From Flavobacterium sp. (GTDB lineage: Bacteria > Bacteroidota > Bacteroidia > Flavobacteriales > Flavobacteriaceae), in contig JAYTIV010000073.1 of the NCBI GenBank assembly GCA_043731625.1, forward strand, positions 227-64,226: a DNA stretch of 64,000 nt, in the 5' to 3' direction. Below the pieces are notes generated by a model. It saw only the letters and a list, made by a program, of their open reading frames with translations. It ran no database searches and had not been told where the DNA came from. How positions within the stretch are numbered: the stretch's first letter is position 1; each line of letters opens with the position of its first letter. The position numbers were made by a program, and so were the translations under genes. This document shows positions 19,513 through 29,717 of the stretch, piece after piece.

Positions 19513-20730
19513 ATGAAAAGTACTCCTAAAACTTTTGTTTGCATCTCAAACTATTTCAAAGGTGCTGATTTTTTAATTGCCTTAAAAAAATTAGGCAATA
19601 CTGTTTTCTTAGTAACTACCGAAAAATTGCGTGATAAACCTTGGCCTTTTGATTATATTGATCAGGTTTATTTTATGGAAGGTCAAGATGTAGATTGGAA
19701 TTTAGAGCACTTGTATCTTGGCGTGAGTAATCTAATGAAAAACCACAAAATAGATGCTATTGTGGCACTTGATGATTTTGATGTAGAAAAAGCCACTTAC
19801 TTGCGTGAAAACCTTCGTATTGATGGAATGGGACAAACTACAGGACGTTATTTTCGCGACAAATTAGCGATGCGTATGCGTGCAAAAAGTTGTGGCATTT
19901 CGAATCCAAATTTCTGTTCCTTATTTAACGATCATGATATCAATACTTTTGCTGATACTATTCCGGCACCTTGGGTTTTAAAACCTCGTTCAGAAGCATC
20001 GGCTTCAGGTATCATAAAAGTGCATAACAAAGAAGATTTATGGTTGCATATTAACGAAATGGGTAACAACCGTTTTAAATATTTGGTTGAGCAATTTCGT
20101 CCTGGCGATGTGTATCATTGCGATAGTTTGATACTTGATGGCAAAATATTATTTAGTATAACTTCAAAATATTTAGCAACTCCCATGGAAATTTCACAAG
20201 GTGGCGGAATTTTTAGAAGTGCCAATATCGAATACAATTCAGATGATGATAAAGCCATTAAAAAATGCAACGAACAAGTTATCAAAGGTTTCGGATTGAA
20301 ACATGGTGCTGCACATTCTGAATATATCAAATGCAAGGAAGATGGAAAAATATACTTCTTAGAAACATCGTCAAGAGTAGGAGGTGCGCATCTTGCCGAA
20401 ATGGTTGCTGCTGCTTCAGACATCAATTTATGGACTGAATGGGCAACTATAGAGAATGCTTTGGTTAAAGGATTAGAATATAAGTTACCAAAAGCAAAAA
20501 AAGGATATGCAGGAATTGTGCTTACCCTTTCTAAATTTCAACATCCAGATTTGTCCTTATTTGCTGATCCTGAAGTTTGTTTTAAAGTACCCTTGGATTA
20601 TCACGCCGGCTTAATTGTAAAATCAGACAAGAAAGAAAGAGTTCTTGAATTATTAGATAATTATGCTGATCGATTAGTCAAAGATTTTGCAACAGTAGTA
20701 CCACAAGATAAAGTAAAGAATTTGCATTAA
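19513..20730 (+). CDS. ATP-grasp domain protein (putative peptide/amide ligase)
   Basis: FRDKLAMR, WVLKPRSEASASGI, HSEY, YFLETSSRVGG; start reassigned to MKSTPK at 19513. Confidence 0.85.
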   Translation: MKSTPKTFVCISNYFKGADFLIALKKLGNTVFLVTTEKLRDKPWPFDYIDQVYFMEGQDVDWNLEHLYLGVSNLMKNHKIDAIVALDDFDVEKATYLRENLRIDGMGQTTGRYFRDKLAMRMRAKSCGISNPNFCSLFNDHDINTFADTIPAPWVLKPRSEASASGIIKVHNKEDLWLHINEMGNNRFKYLVEQFRPGDVYHCDSLILDGKILFSITSKYLATPMEISQGGGIFRSANIEYNSDDDKAIKKCNEQVIKGFGLKHGAAHSEYIKCKEDGKIYFLETSSRVGGAHLAEMVAAASDINLWTEWATIENALVKGLEYKLPKAKKGYAGIVLTLSKFQHPDLSLFADPEVCFKVPLDYHAGLIVKSDKKERVLELLDNYADRLVKDFATVVPQDKVKNLH

Positions 20731-20777
20731 TAAAAAGCAATGTAAATATTACTATTATACAATTAACACCATTTCAA

Positions 20778-22817
20778 ATGAAACTAAAACTATCATTCCT
20801 TTTTATTGTATTTGTTTCATTTACTTTTTATAGTCAACAATTTACCAATAGCAATTTGCCTATTGTCATTATCACAACTGATATAAATCCTGATACTGGT
20901 CAACTTACCGAAATTCCGGATGATCCAAAAATATTGGCATCGATGAAGATAATTTCGCGACCTAATGGAGCTAGAAATTATCTCACAGATGGTAATACTA
21001 CAGATTTCCTAAATTATAATGGTAGAATAAAAATTGAAATCAAAGGATCTACTTCTCAGTTATTAGATAAAAAACCCTATAGTTTAACCACTTTGCAAGA
21101 TGATGATATCAGTAATAACAATGTTAGTATTCTAGACATGCCATCAGAAAACGATTGGATTTTGAATTCTTTGGCATTTGATTCTTCTCTTATTCGAGAT
21201 TATTTATCAAATTCTTTATCAAGCAATTTAGGCAATTATGCTCCTCACGGAAAATATTGTGAAGTAGTTATCAATGGTGATTATAAAGGAGTATATCTTT
21301 TGATGGAAAAAATAAAAATTGATTCGAATAGAGTGAATATCCAAAAAATGAATCCCTCGGACAATAGTTCTCCAAATGTTACTGGTGGATATATTACCAA
21401 ATGTGATAAAACAAATGGTGACCCAATTGCTTGGTCATTTAATAATACAATTGGCAATGACGTTTATTTTATACATGATACTCCAAATCCTAATACCATT
21501 ACTGCAGAACAAAACAATTATATTTATAATGAGTTTGATTCTTTAGAAACAATTATGAATGTTCAAAACGCATCAATTACAACTGGTTTTCCCTCTAAAA
21601 TAGATATCCCAAGTTTTATAGATTACATGTTACTTTGTGAATTGGCATCCAATGTTGACAGTTACCAATTTAGCACTTATTTTCATAAAGATAGAAAAGG
21701 CAAGTTACGAGCTGGACCTATTTGGGATTTTAATTTAGCTTATGGATTGGATGTTTTTGGAGATAGAAGTCAAACAAACATTTGGCAGTTTGATAATGGT
21801 GATAATATTGGTGCCTCTTTTTGGAAAAACCTTTATTTAAATCCTATTTATAAATGTTATTTATCTAAAAGATGGAATGATATAACAACCACAAACCAAC
21901 CTCTAAATTATTATGTTATTGCAAATCAAATAGATCATCTTTCAGAACAATTGTCGGAATCAAGAATTAGAGAAAATCAGAGATGGAATACTATTGGAAA
22001 TTATAATGAAACCATCAGTAATTTAAAAACTTGGATTCAAACCAGAATAAATTGGATGAATACCAATTTAAATATTACTGCAAATTGTACAATTCCAACT
22101 GCTCCAAAAATTGTAATTTCTAAAATAAACTACAATCCAGTTGCAATAGGAGCAAATACTAGTAATGATTTAGAATTTATTGAAATAACGAACAATAGTA
22201 CAACGACTGTTTCATTAACAGGTTTTTATTTTAAAGAATTAGGGATCACCTATAGTTTTCCGGTAAACAGTTCTTTATTGGCAAATTCAAAACTGTTTTT
22301 GGCAAGCAATGCCAACATCTTTTATCAAGAATATGGTTTTATACCATTTGGTGTTTTTACAAGAAATTTATCCAACAAATCTCAAAAATTAACTTTAGCT
22401 GATGCTTATGGTAATGTTGTTGATCAAGTAGAATATTTTGATACAAATCCTTGGCCAATTGACGCTGATGGAAATGGAGCTTATTTGAATCTTATTGATT
22501 TGAATTTAGATAATAGTGTAGCTTCTAGTTGGGTTGCAACTACATCCACTTTATCCAATTCATTTGTGAATTCTTTTGAGAATGCTACAACATTATATCC
22601 AAATCCTGCAACTTCAAATTTGACTATTATAAACAACCAAATTGCTATAAAAAACTATCAATTATTTGATGCATTAGGAAGATTAATTTTTCAAAAAAAT
22701 GATATCAATCGTAATTCTGAAAATATTTCTATAGAAAACCTTGCTCAAAATACCTATATTCTAAAAATAGTTTTTGAGAATAATAAATTGGGGATTTTTA
22801 AGGTTTTAAAAAAATAA
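20778..22817 (+). CDS. CotH kinase family protein with lamin-tail domain and T9SS sorting domain
   Basis: IKGSTS..KKPY, NGDYKGVY, NVDSY, GPIWDFNLAYG; IVISKINYNP...EFIEI; LYPNPA C-terminal domain. Confidence 0.85.
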   Translation: MKLKLSFLFIVFVSFTFYSQQFTNSNLPIVIITTDINPDTGQLTEIPDDPKILASMKIISRPNGARNYLTDGNTTDFLNYNGRIKIEIKGSTSQLLDKKPYSLTTLQDDDISNNNVSILDMPSENDWILNSLAFDSSLIRDYLSNSLSSNLGNYAPHGKYCEVVINGDYKGVYLLMEKIKIDSNRVNIQKMNPSDNSSPNVTGGYITKCDKTNGDPIAWSFNNTIGNDVYFIHDTPNPNTITAEQNNYIYNEFDSLETIMNVQNASITTGFPSKIDIPSFIDYMLLCELASNVDSYQFSTYFHKDRKGKLRAGPIWDFNLAYGLDVFGDRSQTNIWQFDNGDNIGASFWKNLYLNPIYKCYLSKRWNDITTTNQPLNYYVIANQIDHLSEQLSESRIRENQRWNTIGNYNETISNLKTWIQTRINWMNTNLNITANCTIPTAPKIVISKINYNPVAIGANTSNDLEFIEITNNSTTTVSLTGFYFKELGITYSFPVNSSLLANSKLFLASNANIFYQEYGFIPFGVFTRNLSNKSQKLTLADAYGNVVDQVEYFDTNPWPIDADGNGAYLNLIDLNLDNSVASSWVATTSTLSNSFVNSFENATTLYPNPATSNLTIINNQIAIKNYQLFDALGRLIFQKNDINRNSENISIENLAQNTYILKIVFENNKLGIFKVLKK

Positions 22818-22838
22818 TTTTTTTATGTAGGTTTAATT

Positions 22839-23897
22839 ATGAATAGAATCCAATTTTTAGATGGTTTAAGAGGAATTGCAATACTACTTGTGATTTGTTT
22901 TCATTCCTAAACTAGATGTCCAAAAATTGTCCCTTATGGATACCAATTCAGTGATTTTTATCTTTTTAAATATGGCTATTTAGGAGTTCAATTATTTTTC
23001 TTAATCTCAGGATTTGTTATCTTGATGTCGTTAGAAAAAAGTAAAACTTTTATTCAATTTATTTATAAAAGATGGTTGCGATTATTTCCTGCAATGCTTA
23101 TTGCCACTATTTTAGTTTACAGTACAACGCAATTTTTAAAAGAAAGACCATCTGGAATTCCAGAATTAAATGCAATAATTCCAAGTTTGTTATTTATAGA
23201 ACCTAGCTGGATTAAAACTTTTTTAGGTATAAAAATAAATCCATTAGAAGGTGCTTTTTGGTCTTTGTTCGTTGAGTTTAAATTTTATTTTATATTTGGA
23301 ATTTCTTATTTTTTAATGGGTAAAATAAAGGCTATTGTTTTTATTTTTTTACTTTTTATCATTGCAGTTTTTGCTGATTATTTTCATATTAGGTATTTAA
23401 ATACTTTTTCCCATTTAATGTCATTTGAATATTTCGGTTGGTTTGCTAGCGGATCTTTAGCTTATTTATATATTGTAAATAATCAATTAAAATATATACT
23501 ACTTTGTGTATTGATTAGTTTTATAGAAATGTATAAATATCTACATGACATTTCTGCTTTGTTATATGTAGTCTTTATTTTGACATTATTTATTAGTCCT
23601 ATTTGTTTTGAAAAAACAAGAATCATTTTCAAAAATAAACTTTTGTTGTTTTTTGGTTTAATCAGTTATCCACTTTATTTAATTCACGAAAATGCATTGA
23701 TTTCGTTAATTTATAAAACAAATCAATTAGGGCTTCCAATTCCAAATTTGCTCTTACCAATTGTACCTATACTTGTTTTATGTATAATTTCGTATGTAAT
23801 TGTTACCTATTTTGAACCGTTTGTATCTAAAACAATTCAAAAAATAATATTAAAATTACCGTCAAAATTTGTATTATTTCTTATACCAAAAACTTAG
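22839..23897 (+). pseudogene. Acyltransferase-3 (OafA-like) gene with in-frame nonsense codon
   Basis: ATG at 22839 gives MNRIQFLDGLRGIAILLVICFHS, then TAA at 22908-22910, then the same frame continues through GVQLFFLISGFVI into the 23022-23897 ORF (KRWLRLFP, FWSLFVE, ISYPLYLIH). Confidence 0.85.
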
Positions 23898-24294
23898 CTT
23901 TTAATTCATTTGTAGGTAGCAAACAATGTTCTTTTTTTCCATACCAGCGGTATCTGTTTTTTGCTATGTAATCATAAATACCATTTCGAATACTTGATGG
24001 AATTATTCTGAAAATAGTTGCAAATTGAAATAATCCGTCTAAATTTCTTGCTATTTCTATTGCAGCATTAGATTTGTAAAAATAAGCAACTCCAGGATTA
24101 TAAAGAACAATACTATCTATGTTATCTGATTCAATTCCAATATATTGCATTATTTTTTTTCCGAGGTCTGATTGTAAAGCTACAAATCGAAAAACATCTT
24201 TTTTATCATGTTTTATAATAAACTGAACGGATGATTCGCATAAATTGCAAACACCATCAAAAAGAATAATTTTTTTGTCTTTTGGAAATTCCAC
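23881..24294 (-). CDS. DCC1-like thiol-disulfide oxidoreductase (DUF393)
   Basis: LFDGVCNLC, YDYIAKNRYRWYG. Confidence 0.9.
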   Translation of the reverse strand: MEFPKDKKIILFDGVCNLCESSVQFIIKHDKKDVFRFVALQSDLGKKIMQYIGIESDNIDSIVLYNPGVAYFYKSNAAIEIARNLDGLFQFATIFRIIPSSIRNGIYDYIAKNRYRWYGKKEHCLLPTNELKAKFLV

Positions 24295-24301
24295 TGTTCA
24301 A

Positions 24302-26470
24302 TTATTTTTTTGATTCTACAAATTCTAATACCTCTAAACTTACAGTAGAAGTAAAGACACCATAGTTTACAACTGCTTTATTTTTTTCTATTTTATCAAT
24401 AGTACCAATTGCTTTTCCGTCATACATTCTTACTCTGTCACCAATTTTAAGAATGGGTTTTGGTTTTTCAATCACAAGATTGGCTTTGATTTTCTTTTCT
24501 TTTTTGGCAGCTCTAATTTCGTCAACTTTAACTGTAATTTCTTTTATAATTTCTTTTTTCTGTTCTTGTTTTACTTGAACTTCTTTGGCTGTGGCTTTTT
24601 TACGTTTTGAGTTTTCAATTTCTATAACTTTTAGAAATTCGCCAATGAGTTCTTTTTTATTTTTGGTATTGAAATAGTTGGAGGCAAGATCGTCTATTTT
24701 TTGACCTATATAAATAATCTTCTGATTGCTATCATACAACTCCTGATAACTCTCTAGTTTTTGTTTGATTTTTACATTTATAGTTTCCATTTTTTTGCTT
24801 TCCTCACGTGCCTTTGATTCTTCTTCTTTAAGATTTTGAGAGGTTTTTTCCATTTTGGAACGTTCTTTTTGAAGCGTAGCAATGGTTTTGTCAAAACGTA
24901 CTTTTCCTACTTCTATTTTCTTTTTGGCACGATTGATAAGTCCAAACGGAATTCCGTTTTTCTGTGCTACTTCAAAAGTAAAAGAACTTCCCGCTTGTCC
25001 TAAAGCTAATTTGTACAATGGTTCTAATGATTTTTCGTCAAAAAGCATATTGGCATTAGTAGCATAAGGCAATTCGTTTGCTAATATTTTCAAATTAGAA
25101 TAATGGGTAGTAATAATACCAAATGCTTCTCTATGATAAAATTCTTCTAAGAAAATTTCGGCCAAAGCACCACCTAATTCTGGATCAGAACCCGTACCAA
25201 ATTCATCAATTAAAAAAAGTGTTTTGCGGTTACACTTCTTCAAAAAATAGTTCATATTCTTAAGTCGATAACTATACGTACTCAAATGATTTTCAATAGA
25301 TTGATTATCTCCAATATCGGTAAGAATTCTATCAAACAAAAATGTTTCACTACGTTCATGAACTGGAATTAATATTCCTGATTGTAACATCAATTGCAAC
25401 AAACCAACAGTTTTTAAAGAAATTGTTTTTCCTCCAGCATTAGGACCAGAAATCACAATAATTCGGTTTTCTTGTTGCAACTCTATTGTTTGCGGATGTG
25501 TTATTTCGTTTTTTTGTTTGTTATTCAAATACAAAATAGGATGGAAGGCATCTTTAAAATATAACTTTCTTTCTTCTGTGATGGTTGGCAAAATTCCGTT
25601 TATTCTATTGGCATATTTGGCTTTTGCAGCAATTACATCTATATCACTCAAAAAATCTTGATATTGAATTAATAAAGGCAAATATTGTCGAATTGCATTT
25701 GTTAATTGCTTCAGAATTCGAGTAATTTCTTCTTTTTCTTCATACTCTAAATTGCTCAACTCACGCGAATAATGTAAAGTTGTTTCTGGTTCGATGTAGG
25801 CTATACTTCCTGTTTTTGAACTTCCCAAAATAGAACCTTTTACTTTACGGCGATACATTGCTAAAACCGCTAAAACTCTACGGTTTTGAACAAAACTTTC
25901 CTTAATTTCATCTAGATAACCCAAACCATTATATTGTGTTAAAGCCATTCCGAAACTTTGGTTGACTTTACCACGTACTACATTCATATCCCTACGAATA
26001 TTGAGTAAATCAGGCGAAGCATTGTTTTTGATTTCACCATATTTATCAACTACTTCTTCTATCAATTTGATGATTTCTTTGGTCAAAGTAACTTGTGATG
26101 ATTTTTGAAATAAATTTGGGTAATAATCTTCAAATTTTTTGAAATATTGCAACAAGATATTTACAGATTCTGAAATTGTTGCTATTTTTTTAAAACTACC
26201 CACTTCTAGAAAGCTATCTTCAATTGCTAGAAATTTAATTTCATGTGTAATGGCATCAAATCCGTGATTGGGTATAGCATTGTTGTTTTGAAACGACGAA
26301 AGATATTCTGAAGTTTGCAACAAAGCATTCATAAGTGTTTCCTTGTCTTTAAAAGGAACAATTTCGAGTGCTTTTTGTTTTCCAATATCTGTATTACAAA
26401 TAGAAGATAAGGTTTCTAAAACCGTTGGAAATTGTAAATCTTGAAGTGTTTTTTCGGTAATGGAGATCAT
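24302..26470 (-). CDS. mutS2: MutS2-family protein, no Smr domain apparent
   Basis: ISGPNAGGKT, DIGDNQSIENHLSTYS, DEFGTGSDP, TTHY; coiled coil and KOW-like end; start reassigned to MISITEK. Confidence 0.85.
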   Translation of the reverse strand: MISITEKTLQDLQFPTVLETLSSICNTDIGKQKALEIVPFKDKETLMNALLQTSEYLSSFQNNNAIPNHGFDAITHEIKFLAIEDSFLEVGSFKKIATISESVNILLQYFKKFEDYYPNLFQKSSQVTLTKEIIKLIEEVVDKYGEIKNNASPDLLNIRRDMNVVRGKVNQSFGMALTQYNGLGYLDEIKESFVQNRRVLAVLAMYRRKVKGSILGSSKTGSIAYIEPETTLHYSRELSNLEYEEKEEITRILKQLTNAIRQYLPLLIQYQDFLSDIDVIAAKAKYANRINGILPTITEERKLYFKDAFHPILYLNNKQKNEITHPQTIELQQENRIIVISGPNAGGKTISLKTVGLLQLMLQSGILIPVHERSETFLFDRILTDIGDNQSIENHLSTYSYRLKNMNYFLKKCNRKTLFLIDEFGTGSDPELGGALAEIFLEEFYHREAFGIITTHYSNLKILANELPYATNANMLFDEKSLEPLYKLALGQAGSSFTFEVAQKNGIPFGLINRAKKKIEVGKVRFDKTIATLQKERSKMEKTSQNLKEEESKAREESKKMETINVKIKQKLESYQELYDSNQKIIYIGQKIDDLASNYFNTKNKKELIGEFLKVIEIENSKRKKATAKEVQVKQEQKKEIIKEITVKVDEIRAAKKEKKIKANLVIEKPKPILKIGDRVRMYDGKAIGTIDKIEKNKAVVNYGVFTSTVSLEVLEFVESKK

Positions 26471-26582
26471 TTTATATTTTGAGTTGCATAGAGTCAAAGT
26501 TACAAAGTTACTGCATTAAAAACCATTAAATTTTAATGTACTTTGCATAAAACTTTCCGAACTTTGTTTCAAATATTTTTTT

Positions 26583-27245
26583 ATGGAATTAAATGTTGAA
26601 TGGCAGTCTTTATTAGCTTCAGAAATGCAAAAACCCTATTTTGGGGATTTGATGCAAACTATTGATGTTGAATATAAAGAGCATATTTGTTTTCCGCCAA
26701 AAGATTTGATTTTTGAAGCTTTTAATTCGTGTCGTTTTCAAGATTTGAAAGTAGTGATTATTGGTCAAGATCCATATCATGGTGAAGGAGAAGCCAATGG
26801 TTTGTGTTTTTCTGTAAATGATGGCATTCGAATTCCACCTTCGTTACGAAATATTTATCGTGAAATAAATGCTGATTTTGATTCCATTTTCGAACCTTCT
26901 TCAGGAAATTTATTGCGTTGGGCAAACCAAGGCGTTTTACTTTTGAATGCAACAATGACCGTTAGAAAAGACAATCCTAATAGTCACAAGCATTTATCTT
27001 GGACTATTTTCACAGATGCGGTGATTCAAAAAATATCTGACGAAAATGAACATATTGTTTTCTTGCTTTGGGGAAGTTTTGCTCATAAAAAAGGAATGAA
27101 AATAGATAAATCCAAACATTTGGTTTTAGAATCTGGACATCCATCGCCAATGAGCGCCAATCAGGGAAAATGGTTTGGAAACAAGCATTTTAGCAAAACC
27201 AATGCGTATTTAAAATCAATAGAAAAATCAGAAATTGAATGGTAA
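26583..27245 (+). CDS. ung: Uracil-DNA glycosylase
   Basis: GQDPYH, GLCFS, PPSLRNIY, GVLLLN, HPSPMS. Confidence 0.97.
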   Translation: MELNVEWQSLLASEMQKPYFGDLMQTIDVEYKEHICFPPKDLIFEAFNSCRFQDLKVVIIGQDPYHGEGEANGLCFSVNDGIRIPPSLRNIYREINADFDSIFEPSSGNLLRWANQGVLLLNATMTVRKDNPNSHKHLSWTIFTDAVIQKISDENEHIVFLLWGSFAHKKGMKIDKSKHLVLESGHPSPMSANQGKWFGNKHFSKTNAYLKSIEKSEIEW

Positions 27246-27246
27246 T

Positions 27247-27843
27247 TTAGTTTACAGAAAACAAATAATTCACATACATTTCCTCTTGTATTTCTAGATT
27301 ATTGATTGTTGTTTCTATTTCAAGATTTATATTATTATTCAATGTTTTTGGAATCAATTTTCGTAATACTCTCAATCTGTACTCTCCTGTTTCGAGAATA
27401 GAGATTCCTGCCCTAAATTCATATTGATTTGTTAGGTTATTTAAAACACAAATTGCAAATTGATCATTAGTATTATAGTTATTGGTATTATTTTCAAAAT
27501 TGATTTCGCCTTTTTCGATTATTAAATTATTTAAGAAATCTAGATTCAACCATATATTTTCACTGTTTTTTTTATCTAGATAAAAATTAAAGGTGTATTT
27601 ATTGGATTGTGTTGTTTTATAAATATCTAAGATATTATCAAAACCGTTTTCAGGTAAATATCTAGAAAATAATGCATTTATATAAACCACATCATTTACT
27701 ACATAACTATCTTTATTATCGATAGAAATAGCATTTTCAACTTCTATTATTTTTGTATAAAAATTAGGTTCTTCTGTACATGTAGTTGAAGATAATAACA
27801 GAAACAAACAATTTAGAAATAAAAAGGTTTTGAATTTTTTCAT
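27247..27843 (-). CDS. Hypothetical lipoprotein, paralog of 28462-29058
   Basis: LLLSSTTC lipobox-like; shares FSRYL, D.YKTT, Y.FR.GI....TG.YRL and YLFSVN with 28462-29058. Confidence 0.7.
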   Translation of the reverse strand: MKKFKTFLFLNCLFLLLSSTTCTEEPNFYTKIIEVENAISIDNKDSYVVNDVVYINALFSRYLPENGFDNILDIYKTTQSNKYTFNFYLDKKNSENIWLNLDFLNNLIIEKGEINFENNTNNYNTNDQFAICVLNNLTNQYEFRAGISILETGEYRLRVLRKLIPKTLNNNINLEIETTINNLEIQEEMYVNYLFSVN

Positions 27844-27847
27844 ATTA

Positions 27848-28462
27848 TTAAAATCGATATCCAACATCTAGTCCAATTCTAGTAATACCATCTGGAACTT
27901 GATTTGTCTGGTTATTTAATTGTCCACCTGCGCCAAAATGCATATCAACTGCAATTCTTTTTATGATATAAAATTTATATCCAATTGATGCACCTAGTCC
28001 AATATTTGTATATTTTTTTTGCACTTCATCATAAAAAGCAATTGAATTTTCTTCTATTCGTTCTAAATTTTTGTAATAACCCCCATTTATTGATGAAAAA
28101 GCTTCAGCATACCAATTTGATTGATAATTTTTATGTGAAAATGAATATCTAAAAAAAGGTACAATTTGATATTCATTAATATATTTTGTAGCGATTAAAT
28201 TTTTAAAATCATTTTTAACAAATTTACCTTCTAAAAATGTGGTGCTTATTCCAACAGAAAATTTTGTATTCAGAAACCTTTCATAATTAAGTTCTAGCCT
28301 ATCATTTATACTTTTCTTTAATACATCAACTCTAATTTCGTTTTTTCGCTTTTGTAATTGAATCTCTACATTAGTGTTTTTTTGTGAATAGGAACTAAAA
28401 TTAAAAACGAATAAAAGAACAAATAAAAAGTAGCTTTTATTAGATTGCATTCTGTCAATCAT
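27848..28462 (-). CDS. DUF3575-like small outer-membrane beta-barrel, paralog of 29072-29650
   Basis: RKNEIRVDVL, LNYERFL, GASIGYKFY, terminal GYRF. Confidence 0.7.
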   Translation of the reverse strand: MIDRMQSNKSYFLFVLLFVFNFSSYSQKNTNVEIQLQKRKNEIRVDVLKKSINDRLELNYERFLNTKFSVGISTTFLEGKFVKNDFKNLIATKYINEYQIVPFFRYSFSHKNYQSNWYAEAFSSINGGYYKNLERIEENSIAFYDEVQKKYTNIGLGASIGYKFYIIKRIAVDMHFGAGGQLNNQTNQVPDGITRIGLDVGYRF

Positions 28463-29058
28463 TAGTTTACCGAAAACAAATAATATCCGTCTCCGTTGAG
28501 TCCTGCAACATTGGAATCAATATTCAAATACAAATTATTATTGGTACTGTTTGATCTTAATTCAACTCCTGTTGTAGAAGTGCTGTTATATCCAAAACTC
28601 AATCGATAAACTCCTGTTTGTGTAAGTTTTATACCTGATCTAAAATCATAGTTTTTAGTTGTTTCATTATACACACAAGTTCCGTTTACAAAATCTTCAT
28701 CTTCAGTTGAATTCCCTTTTTGATTGATTAAATTCGAACCTAAAGCCACTGTAATCCATTCATCTCCAACAACTTGTTTTTCTATCACATACGAAAAATT
28801 ATAACTCAATGCACCGCCTGTAGTTTTGTAAGTGTCTAATAGTTTTGATGTATTGGGTTGCGCAAGATATCTAGAAAAACTATCTGAATTTAACCATAAA
28901 ATATCATTTACACTATAATTTGATTGTGTTTCAATTTCGATTAAATTGGGTACTTTTACAAAAACATCATTATAAAATTCGCTGTCTTTATTAGAGCAAT
29001 CAGCTGCCATTAGTACTGTTGCAAGTACCATTAAAAAGAAACATTGTATTGTTTTCAT
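28462..29058 (-). CDS. Hypothetical lipoprotein
   Basis: Signal peptide with VLMAADC; beta-rich; paralog of 27247-27843. Confidence 0.7.
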   Translation of the reverse strand: MKTIQCFFLMVLATVLMAADCSNKDSEFYNDVFVKVPNLIEIETQSNYSVNDILWLNSDSFSRYLAQPNTSKLLDTYKTTGGALSYNFSYVIEKQVVGDEWITVALGSNLINQKGNSTEDEDFVNGTCVYNETTKNYDFRSGIKLTQTGVYRLSFGYNSTSTTGVELRSNSTNNNLYLNIDSNVAGLNGDGYYLFSVN

Positions 29059-29071
29059 ATTTTATTTTATT

Positions 29072-29650
29072 TTAAAATCTATATCCCAAACTCAAACCTA
29101 CTCGAGATAAAACATCTGGACTCTTATCAATATCTATTAAGTTCTTGCCAAATCCAACAAGTAATTCAACCCCAATTCTATCTTTGAAATAAAATTTATA
29201 TCCTAGACTAGCACCAATAGCTAAATCGGTATATTGTGATTTTTTAATTTTATAAAAATTATTGTTAAATTCATCTACAAGTAAAACTGTCTCTCTAAAA
29301 TCGCCACCATTTGCTGCTGCAAAAAGTTCAATAAAATAAAAACGATTGGCACTGTTGGTAAAATTATAACGTACAAATGGTATTACTTCATATTTAGGAA
29401 TCGTATTTCGATTTCCTGAATCAAAATCTTTATTTACTTTATCACTATTATTGGAATTTCCGGAAATACCTAGTGATATCTTTTTTCCTAGAAATCTTTC
29501 ATAGGTTAGATTTAATTTTGAGTCTTTTATTAAGGATAAAACATCAACACGAACTTCATTTTTTCGATGTAATAATTTTGACTTTGGTAAAGTATCTTGT
29601 GCATTTGCAAAATTAATACATAAAAGTGCAAAAAGTAAAAGCTTCTTCAT
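29072..29650 (-). CDS. DUF3575-like small outer-membrane beta-barrel
   Basis: RKNEVRVDVL, LTYERFL, GASLGYKFY, terminal GYRF. Confidence 0.7.
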   Translation of the reverse strand: MKKLLLFALLCINFANAQDTLPKSKLLHRKNEVRVDVLSLIKDSKLNLTYERFLGKKISLGISGNSNNSDKVNKDFDSGNRNTIPKYEVIPFVRYNFTNSANRFYFIELFAAANGGDFRETVLLVDEFNNNFYKIKKSQYTDLAIGASLGYKFYFKDRIGVELLVGFGKNLIDIDKSPDVLSRVGLSLGYRF

Positions 29651-29717
29651 AACAACAAGGTTAGTTTAGATGGCTAAGATATAAAAAAGGAATTGATAAT
29701 ATGATTTAGACAAAAAA

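Noticed and set aside
24302-26470. MutS2 lacking the Smr domain as a truncation
   Set aside because: The ORF ends cleanly after the KOW-like segment, 7 nt from the next gene, with no Smr remnant; likely a natural short form
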